Origin: the human T2T-CHM13v2.0 reference genome, Homo sapiens
Assembly: GCF_009914755.1 (NCBI RefSeq)
Contig: NC_060938.1
Direction: 5' to 3' (one strand)
DNA: 64,000 nucleotides
Shown here piece after piece: positions 14,109-29,832 of the stretch. Both the position numbers and the translations under genes were made by a program. How positions within the stretch are numbered: the first letter of the stretch is position 1; every line of letters begins with the position of its first letter. Under the pieces are notes generated by a model that saw nothing but the letters and a program-made list of their open reading frames with translations, was not told the origin of the DNA and did not search any database.

Positions 14109-15334
14109 AGTAATATTTTGCTTTCACTGTCTTCGTTGCTAAAGAATGATGGTTAAAAGAAAATTTTATCACTTAAAAATGAATTTGAAACATTAAGCTG
14201 AAAAATAAAAGCCAGACATTGTTATAGCAATACAAAATTATACTTCTGAAGAATTTGAACTACTTATCGTGTACTTTTGCAGCCATTAACTTGTTTTTCT
14301 GTCTTTGTCACTAAACCCCACCATTTCTTAGGCATAAATCCATGCTGATTTTTACTCATTTATCAATGACAAGGATAACACATATTGAAAACTAGTTGAA
14401 ATAGATTTAAAAACTGGTGAATAGACGATGAACATCGATGCTTAATTAATAACATAAATTAAAATGGTTAATAGGTTGGTTTTATTGGCTTTTCTACTTT
14501 CAACTTTTAGATATTAAAATTAATGTATATAGAGAAATGAAAAATTTGATATTTAGTTATCAACAGACAGGATCCAGGAGGATAATAATTTAAACCAAGA
14601 ATACATACAATAATATATAGAACTCTTTCTACTTTGAATATGAAGCAAGATCATTCATCTTATAAATTAGCAATTTATTACAACAGTACTAATTATACTT
14701 ATGCTGCTATAATTAAGCCATGCCATGATTAAGAGTCTGTCTGCCTTTCCAATTATAAATAAATATTTTAAGCCGTTATCTCAGGATTCCATGCTGTTTT
14801 CAGGGAAAAATTTTTCTTCATCAAATACAAATCAAACAAATTACATGAGGAAAAATGTGCTATCTTTTGCAGGTTTCAGTATAGTGATATGTGGCAATTA
14901 AGACAAGGGTTCATAGTCTTAATTATCTTGTGTTAAGCAGGATGGAGAATACAGCAATAAACATTTAAAATAATTAAAAAAAAAAAGCCTGGGAAGAAAT
15001 AGCTTTTGGGATTAAAAGAGTTTACTGTCAGGCTTTATTCCACTTCCTGTTAAGCTAGCCTTCTTTGCCAACTTTTTGAACTTAGCTATAAGATAGAGCT
15101 GCAAATATATCCAAGAGCTTATTAATAAGGGGATATAGTTACTATGTGCTACGTACAATATCTCCATATAGACCAAGTTAACATAATTGACAGCAGCACT
15201 TAATCCAACTGGGATTGATTAATCTTACCCAAATAACCTTATAGGGCACAGTAGATCAACCATTTAATCCCACTGATCATCAAAAAATATTTACATTTAC
15301 CACATTCATGGTACTCTATTAGTATTTCTCTTCT

Positions 15335-15690
15335 CAGTGATCATTTATTGAGCAACATACCTGCTATGCAGATTGCTAGGTTATGGGGGTAAAATGGATA
15401 GCTCCTATTCTTATTGAGCCTATAGTCTAATGCAAGAGCTAGGCATGCAAACAGACACATGCTCTGTATAATATTTACTATGGGAGAAATAGCATAAGGA
15501 ACTTTGAGAACAGTGAAAAAGAAGAGTACTACTTAACCACAAGGGGTGGAGAAGTCAGGGCGGAGTCCCAGAAGAGAAAACAGCCTGCTTAAGTTTTAAA
15601 AGAAGTCAAGGTATTAGTTAGTTCAAAAAATTAAGGAAGGCCATCCTGGGGAGGGGACTCACCAGATAGAGGGAAGATTTGAGCAAAAGG
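15335..15690 (-). mobile_element. L2 LINE remnant
   Basis: TCATTTATTGAGCAAC...CTATGCAGATTGCTAGG reverse L2 3' end followed by purine-rich L2-like sequence. Confidence 0.65.
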
Positions 15691-15699
15691 ATAGGATAA

Positions 15700-15948
15700 T
15701 AGTGTTAATGACTAACACGTATTTAAATCTTTGCTTGATGCCAATTGTCCCCTGGTTTCTTTTTTACACATTTCCTTCATTTATTTAATCCTAACAAGAA
15801 CTGAATGAGGTAGTAGTGTTATTTTCATTTTACAGATGAAGGAACTGAAATTTTAAGATGCTAACTTGTTAAGGGCAAACAACTTATGCTGTGTTAAGAT
15901 GAGAACTTAAACCTATGTTTATATGACTCCAAAGCTCATGCTCTCAAT
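15700..15948 (-). mobile_element. MIR SINE
   Basis: TTTAATCCTAACAAGAAC...CATTTTACAGATGAAGGAACTGA...TGACTCCAAAGCTCATGCTCT. Confidence 0.8.
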
Positions 15949-16004
15949 GTTCTCAAGTAGCACCTGCACAAAAATGATGTGTTACAGGAACTGTATGTTG
16001 TTCT

Positions 16005-18100
16005 GAATTCATTTGTTCATTTATTCAAGAAATATTTGCTGATCCAGGCACTATGCTAGATCGTAGGGATACAAAGTAAATTCAGAAATGGTTTCTTTCA
16101 GGAGGAATTTTTGGCTCAATAGGATAGATATGGCTTATAGATAGGACAGGCAAACAGTCCCTTGAGTAAATAGTGTCTTAATAATTATAGTGTCTTAATA
16201 TTATAGGTGCTTTGTTAGGGTATATATGAAATTCAATAGAAAGGTAAAGTTTTGTTGGATATGGGGAGTCAGTAGAGGGTCAAGAAAATATTAATTGAGA
16301 AAATTGTGTAATCTGAGTCCTGAAAAATGGGTAGGAAAAAGGAGGGCATTCCAGATAACAAAACAAACTGAGAAAAGCCATAGGAATATAATAGCCTGGA
16401 TTTGGAAGCAATATCCAATAATTCTGTGTGATTAGGGTGTACAGAGTGACATGACCAAATTTCGAGGGAATGGATAAGAAAAAATGTTTTTGAAGTAGAA
16501 TAAACAGTATTTGATTATCTTTGGATGTGGGAGTGAGAAAAAGAGAGGAATACACAATAACTCATAGACTTGTCTTTGTTGGTTGGGTGGCTGGTGAATA
16601 TGATAAAAAATTGAGTTGAAATTGGATTGGGGAGAGATAATAAGAATAGTTAGTTTAGTTTTATATATGTTAAGTTAGGCAGAGATAGCTGCAGGCTCTT
16701 GACCTAGACTTCAGGACAATGTCTTGGTTTATAGTTATGAGCAGATCTAGATTTATAGTTATGAGCATATAGAAGGATGATTTGAAGTTGCAAAAGTAGA
16801 TGAAGTCTCTGTGGTGGCATGTCACAGAAGAAGAAGATCAAGCATAGAATTGTGAAATATACCAATCTTTTAGTAATAGCTAGAAGAATAAGAGCTTAAT
16901 GAGATATTAAGATGCAATGGTTAGGTATACAGTCAGAGAACCAGGAGACAGTGATATCATTAAAGTAAAATTAAAAGAGAGTTTAAAGATAATGGGAGAG
17001 ATCTAAGTTTCTAGATGCTCCAAAGAGGTCATGGAAGATGAAATTTGTGAAGAGTTTTTAGAATTTGGCATGTGTGTGATGGCAACATTAGTGAAATAGT
17101 AAAGTTGTGAACAGAGGAGAAAACACTGAAATAGTTGTTGTCGGAACTAGAAATGATCTGGCTAGAATAAGGATTATGTATATGGGGCTCAGTGGAGATC
17201 AGAGATCCAGAATTCAGTGCTATCAGTTGGCACATTGATGTGGTTTTCTCAAGAAGCTCTCAACAGCCAAGGTATAAGATCAGAGAAGGCTAATTGTTAA
17301 GTTTATCCAAGATTGAAAGTATTCAGAATGGCTGTGGGAGAAAGATAAGGGGACTAGTATCAGTAATGAGCACATGAGGAAGAGATTAGTTAGAAGGTTG
17401 CATTATGGAGTTTAGGGAAGTGAGGGAGGGAAGCAAAGCCATGTGGGAGTGATGATGAATGAGAATAAAATGGAGGGATCAAGCATCTAAAGAGCCTTGA
17501 TGAAGGCTACCGTAAACATTACTTCCTGAGAAGCCCCTGACCCTCAAGTCCGGGTTGGGTGCCCCTCAATAAGCCCCCATAGCATCCCGTACTTCCCCTA
17601 TCATAGTTATTTCCATTAATTTCTTGGGTTGTTGTTGTCACTAGGCTACCAGCTCTGTGACAACAGGGACCTTGTCTGTCTCATTCATCCCTGTTTCTCC
17701 AGTGTCCCACCTGGCACATGTAGGTGGTGGAACAAATAAACACGAGATAGTGAAAGAGAAGGAGGAATATGAGTTTATATTCAGATTAATATTTTCGAAT
17801 TAGGATTTCAAAGTTGATGCAGTTCTGGTTGATGACAAGGTCCAGACTATGGTTGAAGTCGATACAGCATAGTTGAAATCTGGGAGGTCATGAAGATGTG
17901 AGGCCATGGTATTATATGGATCATCTGCCTAGGTATTAAGGCTGTACAGAATCTTAGGAAGACTGGAAATAAAAGGAACTTGGGAGCCCAGGACATAGTT
18001 CTCACCCAATGAGGGTGAATAAGCTAAAGTTCAGTAAATTAGGGCAAGGGAGGAAATAATGTGGAAAAACAGAATGGCACAACCTTAACAGAGAAAGAAA
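16005..18100 (-). mobile_element. Long decayed L2 LINE, possibly several fragments
   Basis: ATTCATTTGTTCATTTATTCAAGAAATATTTGCTGA...CCAGGCACTATGCTAG reverse terminus, then kilobases of purine-rich L2-like sequence; right boundary approximate. Confidence 0.6.
17512..17740 (+). mobile_element. L2 LINE 3' fragment inserted opposite to the host L2
   Basis: CAGGGACCTTGTCTGTCTCATTCATCCCTGTTTCTCCAGTGTCCCACCTGGCACATGTAGG. Confidence 0.7.
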
Positions 18101-18369
18101 GTTTTCATGAAGGTGTGAGTGACCATGAAGACTACTTCAGGAGTATGGGGTATGGGTTGAATGAGTTGTGTAAGGCAGGAGGGCTAAAGCAGTGATCAGA
18201 TGGCAACGAATCTAATAAAGCCAGCCAAGGATCTTGTTTTTTGTTCCATGAATATTACAATACAAAAGATACAAAAATATCCTTAGATTTTAAAGTGTGT
18301 CAAGGTAACTTTGGAAGAGTAGGGTAGTCAAACAAACAAACAAACAAAAAAATAAAAAACCACAGGATT

Positions 18370-18500
18370 TAAAACTGTGGAGACAGGGACTCTGTATTTG
18401 CCTCTACCATTGCCAGTTTCTAGTTGAATGTTGGTGGTCAGTTTTCTTAACATTTTATGTGTGAAATGAAGTCATTTGATTACTAGTTTTTAAATTCTTT
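18370..18500 (+). mobile_element. MIR (MIR3-like) remnant
   Basis: Degenerate MIR core. Confidence 0.4.
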
Positions 18501-18636
18501 TGCTTGGCTTGCAAAGTTTTGTAACCTGACACCATCCTACCTATTCAGCATTCCCTGTATACGTCAATGTGACATGCCAGGTTAATATACAAGATATCTT
18601 AAGAATACAGACAGTTCATTTATATTTTAATACTTT

Positions 18637-21203
<2,567 letters not shown>

Positions 21204-21416
21204 TGAATGTCAGTAGCTCTGAAGGTCTGTTCCACTACAGTTCAGCACTTACTCTTTCATACTGTTCAATGTTTGATGGCATCCTAGACAGTAAAATAAA
21301 ATTCCCTATTCTGGAAGCTGGGAGCTTTGAGATCTAGTTTCTGTTGTAACTAATATTGTGCTCTTGTACAAGAGGTTTCTTATCTTTAAAATGAAGGGAT
21401 TTGACTAGAGAATAAC

Positions 21417-21900
21417 TTTCTTAGTTTGAGTATTATCTAAAAGCAGAGCCAGAGAAAGAGTTTGTGTGCAGGTGACTTATTTTGAGCAGTCATACCCGGA
21501 AGAAGGAGGAAGGTCCTGGGGAAAGCGGGACAAGGAAGGAGGAAGAACTATTATAAGGGAACATTACTGAGGCTACTGATGGGGGCAATGGGATTCCATC
21601 CTGTTGGGACCTCCCGAGAAGCATACAGAGCACCTCCAAGAATTCCTTTCCAAAAGAAGGGAGATGGGAACATTTATTAATCAGCTCCACCCCCCATAAG
21701 CCCAGAGTTGTCCTTGGGGATGCTTCTTCTCCTGAGTTTCTGAGCTATACACATTAGCTGCTGATCTGAGCTACCTAGGGGCAGAAAGCCAGGAGGCATA
21801 GCACATCTTCAAGGTGAGATACTGTCAGTGTGAAGTCCAAGCCATTCACCCATAGCCGAAATTAGAGTAGAGGCTGAGAGGGAGTGAGTCTGGGTACTGC
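21417..21900 (-). mobile_element. ERVL solo LTR (LTR33-like)
   Basis: TCTTAGTTTGAGT...AAAAGCAGAGCCAGAGAAAGAGTTTGTGTGCAGGTGACTTATTTTGAG matches my recollection of reverse LTR33; boundaries approximate. Confidence 0.65.
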
Positions 21901-23064
21901 CAATTTCAAAATTCTGTGAAACAATGACACATTCTTAGATAAGCTTTATATTTTAATACCATAGATAGAGTGACTTGCTTTTGGAATGTTAACTTTCTAT
22001 TCAAAGCTGAGACACAATTTAGTAAATCTGGGGTAGGCAAAACTCCTATTGTCTCCGAAGTTGGATATTTTAATCAATTCTAATAGTGGTAGCCTAAAAA
22101 CTACTAAAAGGAAAAAGTTAAACAAAATCTCTATAGGTTATTTAAAGTGACCCAACGAATGACTTTTGGAGAGACTGAAACAATGCCTCAGAATGACCTC
22201 TTCTAAACATGACAAAATCTCTAGGAAGATTATTTAGACATTAAATAAAGAGATTTGGAAGTGAAATGTAACTAATAACTACTTAAGATGCAGGACCTAC
22301 ACATTATATAATTTTAAGGGAAATTTGCAGAATTAGAGAGGACATCAGTTGCTATTTCATGATAAATAAGTGCACCTTGGAGAGCTCCAGAAATGGAAGA
22401 TGACCCAGAGGAAGCAATTCCTGGGCAAGAAACCACCATGTAGAAACCTCAGTATTGATATTTCTCCAAGACTTGAGACAATACTTTTATGCTTGCCCTT
22501 CTTTGAAGATTCTATTATGGTTGAATTTTCACAACCCCACCTGAAGATTTTTAATTTCGGGGGGATTTCAATTGCTGAAAGGAATAGGGGTATAAAAAAA
22601 AAATCATTTCTTGGCCATGCTAGCTTATTGGTTCCCTTGAAATCTTGCTCCATTGGGTACCTTTTCTTGGTATAGAAGGGCTAGTAGTAAAGTATTTCTT
22701 GGAGGAGGATATAATGCTCAGGACCAACTTCTGTTCTTCCTGGTGAGTTTCAGATTTCCACCTGGACTCAATTTCGCCATATTTTTCTCCCACTTATACT
22801 AGTCCCCTAAAGAAATCTCCATGTCCTTCATCCAACTGCTCTTATGATAATTATAATCTCCAGGTCTTTACAGGTATCTTTAGTGGAGGAGATGAAGGGA
22901 GAGAGAAAATAATCTCCTGTCCATCTGCCTAAGCCTCTTGGTTTCTCTTCCCTGTCAAGCTAGACTTGAGCACCATCCTTAGCTGGAACTGAGCTGCCAT
23001 TGCTGTTTTTCTGCCTTGCAGTGGCCCGTGGTCAAAGATTAGACAGGGTTGTGTCTTTGGTAGT

Positions 23065-23812
23065 AGCCATCCTCCCAGTTGCCACACCAGAAATCTAAAG
23101 GTCATCCTTGAAAACTCCACCTCAATCCCTCTGCGTCACTGACATCTAATAATCACAAAATCCTTCAAATTCTACCTTCTTAATATTTGTCTACTTTCCT
23201 CCATTCTTACTGCCTTTAACTTTGCTTTTCTTTTCCCTGGATTCTGGAAATTGCCTCCTACTATCTACTTAACACCTTGCTCCCTTCAGTCTTTCACTGA
23301 CCAGCTAAAATAATATTTTCAAAAGACCAATCCAATAGGCTTCATCTCTTGAATAAAACCCCTTCAATAGTTCCTTCATTTACCCCAGAATAACATAGAA
23401 GACCCAGAGTTTATTTCTCCAGCCTCCTCCATTGCCACTCCCTACTTTTCATTCTATGGTACACCTCTGGTGTATTACTTGCAGTTCCCCATGCAGGCTG
23501 GACACTCAGTTACACTCATGTTATAATAGCATCAGAGATGCTACTGAAAATATTAATCACTTGCAGTGGCATTGGCACTAAGCAATCAAAACAGAGAACA
23601 GTCCATTCAGAATGGATATTGGCTGTGAACATCTGTCTAAATACCCGCCCTGAAGAGTCCCCATGTATACCCACCTAGCATTTATTACAATGTGTTGCTA
23701 GCTTACTTGTTAGAGTAAAAGCTTCTTGTACATAGAGGAAGTATCTTGTTTCTGTTGTATTTCTGACTATGTTATAGAAACTCAAATTTTTTTAGTTAAT
23801 TTAATGAATGAA
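23065..23812 (+). mobile_element. L2 LINE remnant
   Basis: CCATCCTCCCAGTTGCC...AGAAATCT...GTCATCCTTGA L2 body ending in AATGAATGAAT. Confidence 0.65.
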
Positions 23813-24274
23813 TTTAGCAACTAAACTTCAGCTCAGGGATCTGTTTGTGAAATCCTGTTCTTCATCATGTTATACTGAATTTTAGATAAGGGAGAAAATG
23901 GAAAAGTAGATCATCCTTTGAACATTATCTATACTTTAGGTACATACAGATTTGTCTCTCCTTTAACCCTCCCCACAAGGCACTCCTAGAGTGAGAAGAT
24001 GATGGATAACATTACTACCTTTTGAATAATTCATAATGTAGTCACTTTTTGTGATTTTTGGCTTTGCATTTTTCCTGAATTGCTGAATTTTGATTCTTAG
24101 ACAGCTAAAACTTCAGATATTCAATTTTGCGGGACATGATGAGGCTGCAAAATGATAATGAAGTCTGTTTATCAGTAAAGTTCCTGTGTATAGTCCACAG
24201 CTCCTGTGGACTATAATGGTAAACTCTTGTTTCTCTATCTTAGGCAATATCTCTCATCTTATATAGTTTTCTAG

Positions 24275-24775
24275 AACCTTGGCATTTCCCTATCAAGAGA
24301 TGGATTTTATGTCCCCTGCCTTTGAAGGTGGGTTGGCCTTTGTGACTGCCTCAACCAGTAGAATATGATGGAAGTGAGGCTTGATGACTCTGAAAGTAGG
24401 TCATAAAAATATAACACTCTTCTGTTGTATTCTCCTGGAATGTTTGTTCTTGGAATCAGGCTGCGAGGAAGTGCATACAGATATGTGGAGATGCCACATG
24501 TAGGATGTCCAGTTGCAAGCAATAGCCAGCATTAACTTCCAGATATGGGAGTGAATGAACTTTCATATGATCTTAGACCCCAACTGTTTAGTCACTTTTT
24601 CAGGGTTGAAGGCTTCCCAGACAAAGTCCCAGACATCATGGAACAGAGACCAGCTTTATTCTTTCTAAATTCCTGGCCCTGCTTAGGTCTCTAAGCACTG
24701 TATAAATATTATTGTTTAGGACACTAAGTTTGGTGTGGGGTGGTTTGTTAAGAAGAAACACATAACTGGACTACA
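24275..24775 (+). mobile_element. ERVL-MaLR solo LTR (MLT1G/H-like)
   Basis: CTTTGTGACTGCCTCAACCAGTAGAATATGATGGAAGTGA...CACTAAGTTTGG...GGTTTGTTA...ATAACTGGACTACA. Confidence 0.75.
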
Positions 24776-24978
24776 CATCTATGCCTTCATCTTAAAGGTA
24801 GTGAATTTTGTAAATGTAGTGATTGAAGTTTTAAAAAGTATGTGTGAAAACTTAAAAACAGTATTTCCCTTTCCTTAACAATCCATCTGATGGCTACAGT
24901 TATATTAACCACATTTCTGTGTTGATTTAAATTTCTAAGGAGAATTCCATGCATGGAGATTCAAATAAAGACAAAAGG

Positions 24979-27105
24979 GAGATGCAACTATGGAGGCTGA
25001 GAAGTCCCACCATCGGAGCGCCTCTGCCCCGCCGCCCCATCTGGGATGTGAGGAGCGCCTCTGCCCGGCCGAGACCCCGTCTGGGAGGTGAGGAGCGTCT
25101 CTGCCCGGCCGCCCCGTCTGAGAAGTGAGGAGACCCTCTGCCTGGCAACCACCCCGTCTGAGAAGTGAGGAGCCCCTCCGCCCGGCAGCTGCCCCGTCTG
25201 AGAAGTGAGGAGCCTCTCCGCCCGGCAGCCACCCCATCTGGGAAGTGAGGAGCGTCTCCGCCCGGCAGCCACCCCGTCCGGGAGGGAGGTGGGGGGGGGT
25301 CAGCCCCCCGCCCGGCCAGCCGCCCCATCCGGGAGGGAGGTGGGGGGTCAGCCCCCCCGCCCGGCCAGCCGTGCCATCCGGGAGGGAGGTGGGGGGGTCA
25401 GCCCCCCGCCTGGCCAGCCGTGCCGTCCGGGAGGGAGGTGGGGGGGTCAGCCCCCCGTCCGGCCAGCCGCCCCGTCCGGGAGGTGAGGGGCGCCTCTGCC
25501 CGGCCGCCCCTACTGGGAAGTGAGGAGCCCCTCAGCCCGGCCAGCCACCCCGTCCGGGAGGGAGATGGGGGGGTCAGCCCCCCCACCCGGCCAGCCGCCC
25601 CGTCCGGGAGGGAGGTAGGGGGGTCAGCCCCCCGCCTGGCCAGCCGCCCCGTCCGGGAGGGAGGTGGGGGGGTCAGCCCTCCGCCCGGCCAGCCGCCCCG
25701 TCTGGGAGGTGAGGGGCGCCTCTGCCCAGCCGCCCCTACTGGGAAGTGAGGAGCTCCTCTGCCCGGCCAGCCGCCCCGTCCGGGAGGGAGGTGGGGGGGT
25801 CAGCCCTCCGCCCGGCCAGCCGCCCCGTCTGGGAGGTGAGGGGCGCCTCTGCCCGGCCGCCCCTACTGGGAAGTGAGGAGCCCCTCTGCCCGGCCAGCCG
25901 CCCCGTCCGGGAGGGAGGTGGGGGGGTTGGCCCCCCGCCCGGCCAGCCGCCCCGTCCGGGAGGGAGGTGGGGGGGTCGGCCCCCCGCCCGGCCAGCCGCC
26001 CCGTCCGGGAGGGAGGTGGGGGGGGGTCGGCCCCCCTGCCCGGCCAGCCGCCCCGTCCAGGAGGTGAGGGGTGCCTCTGCCCGGCCGCCCCTACTGGGAA
26101 GTGAGGAGCCCCTCTGCCCGGCCAGCCGCCCCGTCCGGGAGGGAGGTGGGGGGGTCAGCCCCCCGCCCGGCCAGCCGCCCCGTCCGGGAGGGAGGTGTGG
26201 GGGGGGTCAGCCCCCCCGCCCAGCCAGCCGCCCTGTCCGGGAGGTGAGGGGCGCCTCTGCCCGGCCGCCCCTACTGGGAAGTGAGGAGCCCCTCTGCCAG
26301 GCCAGCCGCCCCGTCCGGGAGGGAGGTGGGGGGGTCGGCCCCCCGCCCGGCCAGCCGCCCCGTCCGGGAGATGAGGGGCGCCTCTGCCCGGCTGCCCCTA
26401 CTGGGAAGTGAGGAGCCCCTCTGCCCGGCCAGCCGCCCCGTCCGGGAGGGAGGTGGGGGGGGTCAGCCCCCCTGCCCGGCCAGCCGCCCCGTCCGGGAGG
26501 TGAGGGGCGCCTCTGCCCGGCCGCCCCTACTGGGAAGTGAGGAGCCCCTCTGCCCGGCCACCACCCCGTCTGGGAGGTGTGCCCAACAGCTCATTGAGAA
26601 CGGGCCAGGATGACAATGGCGGCTTTGTGGAATGGAAAGGCGGGAAAGGTGGGGAAAAGATTGAGAAATCGGATGGTTGCCGTGTCTGTGTAGAAAGAAG
26701 TGGACACAGGAGGCTTTTCATTTTGTTCTGCACTAAGAAAAATTCCTCTGCCTTGGGATCCTGTTGATCTGTGACCTTACCCCCAACCCTGTGCTCTCTG
26801 AAACATGTGCTGTGTCCACTCAGGGTTAAATGGATTAAGGGCGGTGCAAGATGTGCTTTGTTAAACAGATGCTTGAAGGCAGCATGCTCGTTAAGAGTCA
26901 TCACCAATCCCTAATCTCAAGTAATCAGGGACACAAACACTGCGGAAGGCCGCAGGGTCCTCTGCCTAGGAAAACCAGAGACCTTTGTTCACTTGTTTAT
27001 CTGCTGACCTTCCCTCCACTATTGTCCCAAGACCCTGCCAAATCCCCCTCTGTGAGAAACACCCAAGAATTATCAATAAAAAAATAAATTAAAAAAAAAA
27101 AAAAA
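24979..27105 (+). mobile_element. SVA_F retrotransposon, 5'-truncated (no hexamer or Alu-like domain): VNTR 25015-~26580, SINE-R ~26580-27080, poly(A)
   Basis: TSD AAAGACAAAAGG at 24967-24978 and 27106-27117; SVA_F-type diagnostics GGGCCAGGATG, ACCAATCCC, GTAATCAGG and AATTATCAATAAAAAAATAAATT; CpG-rich, G-run-rich VNTR. Confidence 0.95.
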
Positions 27106-29832
27106 AAAGACAAAAGGAAACAGAAATGCATTTTTCCCCCTTTTCTTCTCTCTTTGAGCAAGTCTAACCCTAAAGAAGCCAAAAGGAAGAATATGTCAAG
27201 ATGGGACATATTTGAATGGGAGGAAAGGTAGATATGTTCCTGTTGAATATTCTAAACTCTCCAAATATTCAAAACCCCATTTTTGCAGTTTTCTCCTTTT
27301 TAAAGATACATCCCTTTTGGGGATTGAGCAAGAGGGCCAAATAAAAGTCTCCACTAATTGTCCTCTCTGCAAGAACACCAATTTAACAACTATCTACACA
27401 CAGAAAAAGCAACTTCATGAGAACTAAAAATCAGGTAAGCACTCACAGTACCTGGTTTTAACTTCATATAGCTTAAAGAGGCACTAGAAGACAGTAGGAA
27501 AGACAGTCTTGAATCACCAGCACCACCCCTTCCTCATTCCTTGGCAGTGGACATGTGGCATAGAGAATCTGTGTGCTTGGGAGAAGGAGAGCACAATGAT
27601 AATAAGATTTTCATTAAACTTAGTGCTGCCCTGTTACAACAAAAAGCAAAACCAGGCTGAACTCAGCTTATGCCCATACAGTGTGGGAGAATTTAAACTA
27701 GCCCTAGCCAGAGGGAAAATTGCCCATCCCAGTGGCTGGAACTTGAGTTCTGGCAAGCCTCACCACCATGGGCTAAAGGGCTCTGGGGCCCTAAATAAAC
27801 TTGAAAGGTAGTCTAGGCCACAAAGACTGCAACTCCTAGGCAAGTTCTTGTGATGAACTGGGCTGAGAGCCAGTGGATTTGGGGGATATAGGACCTACTG
27901 AGAGACCAGCCTGGGTGGCTAACAGACTCGCACCATGCCTTCCCCAAACCCAGGCTGTATGGCTTGTGGCTTCAAAAGATACCCCTTCCTTCCACTTGAG
28001 GAATAGAAAAGGGAAGACTAAAGAGGACTTTGTATTGCATCTTGAGTACCAGCTCAGCAACAGGAGGATAAGGCACAGGTTAGAGCCATGAGACCCCCTT
28101 TACAGGCCCTAGCTCCCAGATGATATTTATAGATACACCCTGTGTGAGAAAGGAACCCACTCCCTTGAAGAGAAGGACCCAGTCCTGGCAGCATTCATCA
28201 CCTGCCAAATAAAGAGCTCTTGGGCCCTGAATAACCAGCAGTGATAGCCAGGTAGCATGCCATGGGCCTTGGGTAAGACTCTGAGACTAGCAGGCTTCAG
28301 GTGAGAATCAGCACATTCCCAGGTGTCGTGGTTATGGGGAAAGACTCCTTCTGCTTGAGAAAACTGGAGGGAAAAGTAAAGGGCGCTTTTAATTGCACAT
28401 TAGATACCAGCTCAGCCATGGTGGGTAGAGCACTGAGTGGGTTCTTAGGACCTCTGATTCCAGGACTTGGCTATTGGATGACATTTTTGGACCTGCCCTG
28501 GGCCAGAGGGAAATCCACTGCCCTGAAGAGTGAATCCCAGGCCTGGCAGCATTTACCAAAACTGGTTGAAAAGCCCTTGGGCCTTAAGGGAACATCATTG
28601 GTAGCCCAGCAGTATTCCCTGTGGGCCTGGGGTAGTGGTGGCTAAAAATGAAGAGCCTCTGCCTGTGGAAAGGGGAGGGACAAGTGGGAAAAACTATGTC
28701 TCATGGTTTGAATGCCAGCTCAGCCACATTACAATAGAACACCAGGTAGACTTCTAAGGTATTTGACTCCAGTCCCTGGCTCCTGGACAGCACCTCTAGA
28801 CCTCCCTGGGGCCTGGGAGAACTCACCATCCTGAAGGGAAGAACACAAGCCTGGTTGGCTTTGCCACTTGCTGATTATAGAGGACCAGAGCCTTGAGCAG
28901 ACATAGGCAATAGCCACATAGTGGTTACAGCAGATTTGGATGAGACCCAGTGCTGTGCTGGATTCAAGTGTGACCCAGCACTATCTCAGTGGTGATGGTC
29001 ACAGGAGTGCTTTTGTCACCTCACTCCCAGCTTCAAGTAGCTCACTACAGAGAGACTCTGTTTTTTTGGGAGAAAGTAAGGGAAGAAGAAAAGAGTCTCT
29101 GCCTAGTAGTCCACAGAATTAATTCTTCCAGATATTATCCAAGACCATCAAAGTGGCACCTCTATAAGTCTGTAAGAACCACAGTGTTACAGGGCTTGGG
29201 GTGTCCCCTAATGCAGATATGGCTTAGATAACAATGCCCAAGTCCTTACAAATGCCTGGAAAGCCTTCCCAGGAATGACAGGTACAAACAATCCCAGACT
29301 GCGAAGACTACAAAAAAATATCTAATTCTTCAATACCCAGACACAGACAAACATTCACAAGCATCAAGACCATCCAGGAAAATATGACCTCAACAAATGA
29401 ACTAAATAAGGCACCAGGGACCAATCCTGGAGAAACAGAGATATATATCATCTTTCAGAAAGAGAATTCAAAATAGCTGTTTTGAGGAAACTCAAGTTCA
29501 AGATACTACAGAGAAGGAGTTCAAAATTCTATTAGATAAACTTAATAAACATATTAAAATAAGAAGAATCAAGCAGAAATTCTGGAGTTGAAAAATGCAA
29601 CTCACATATAAAAGAGTGCATCAGAGTCTTTGAATAGCAAAATTGATCAAGCAGAAGAAAGAATTAGGGAGCTTGAAGACAAGCTATTCGAAAATACAGT
29701 CAGTGGAGACAAAAAAACCCAAACAAACAATGAAGTATGCCTACAAGTTCTAGAAAATAGTCTCAAAAGGGAAAATCTAAGAATTATTGGCCTTAAAAAG
29801 GACATAGAGAAAGAGATAGAGGTGGAAAGTTT

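Noticed and set aside
16170-16770. Short local duplications (TAGTGTCTTAATA twice; TTTATAGTTATGAGCA twice)
   Set aside because: Ordinary slippage duplications inside a decayed L2
25015-26580. Repeat array superficially like a CRISPR array or a CpG-island promoter
   Set aside because: There are no unique spacers; it is the SVA VNTR
24927-26907. Many overlapping Pro/Arg/Gly-rich ORFs
   Set aside because: They are translations of the stop-poor SVA VNTR
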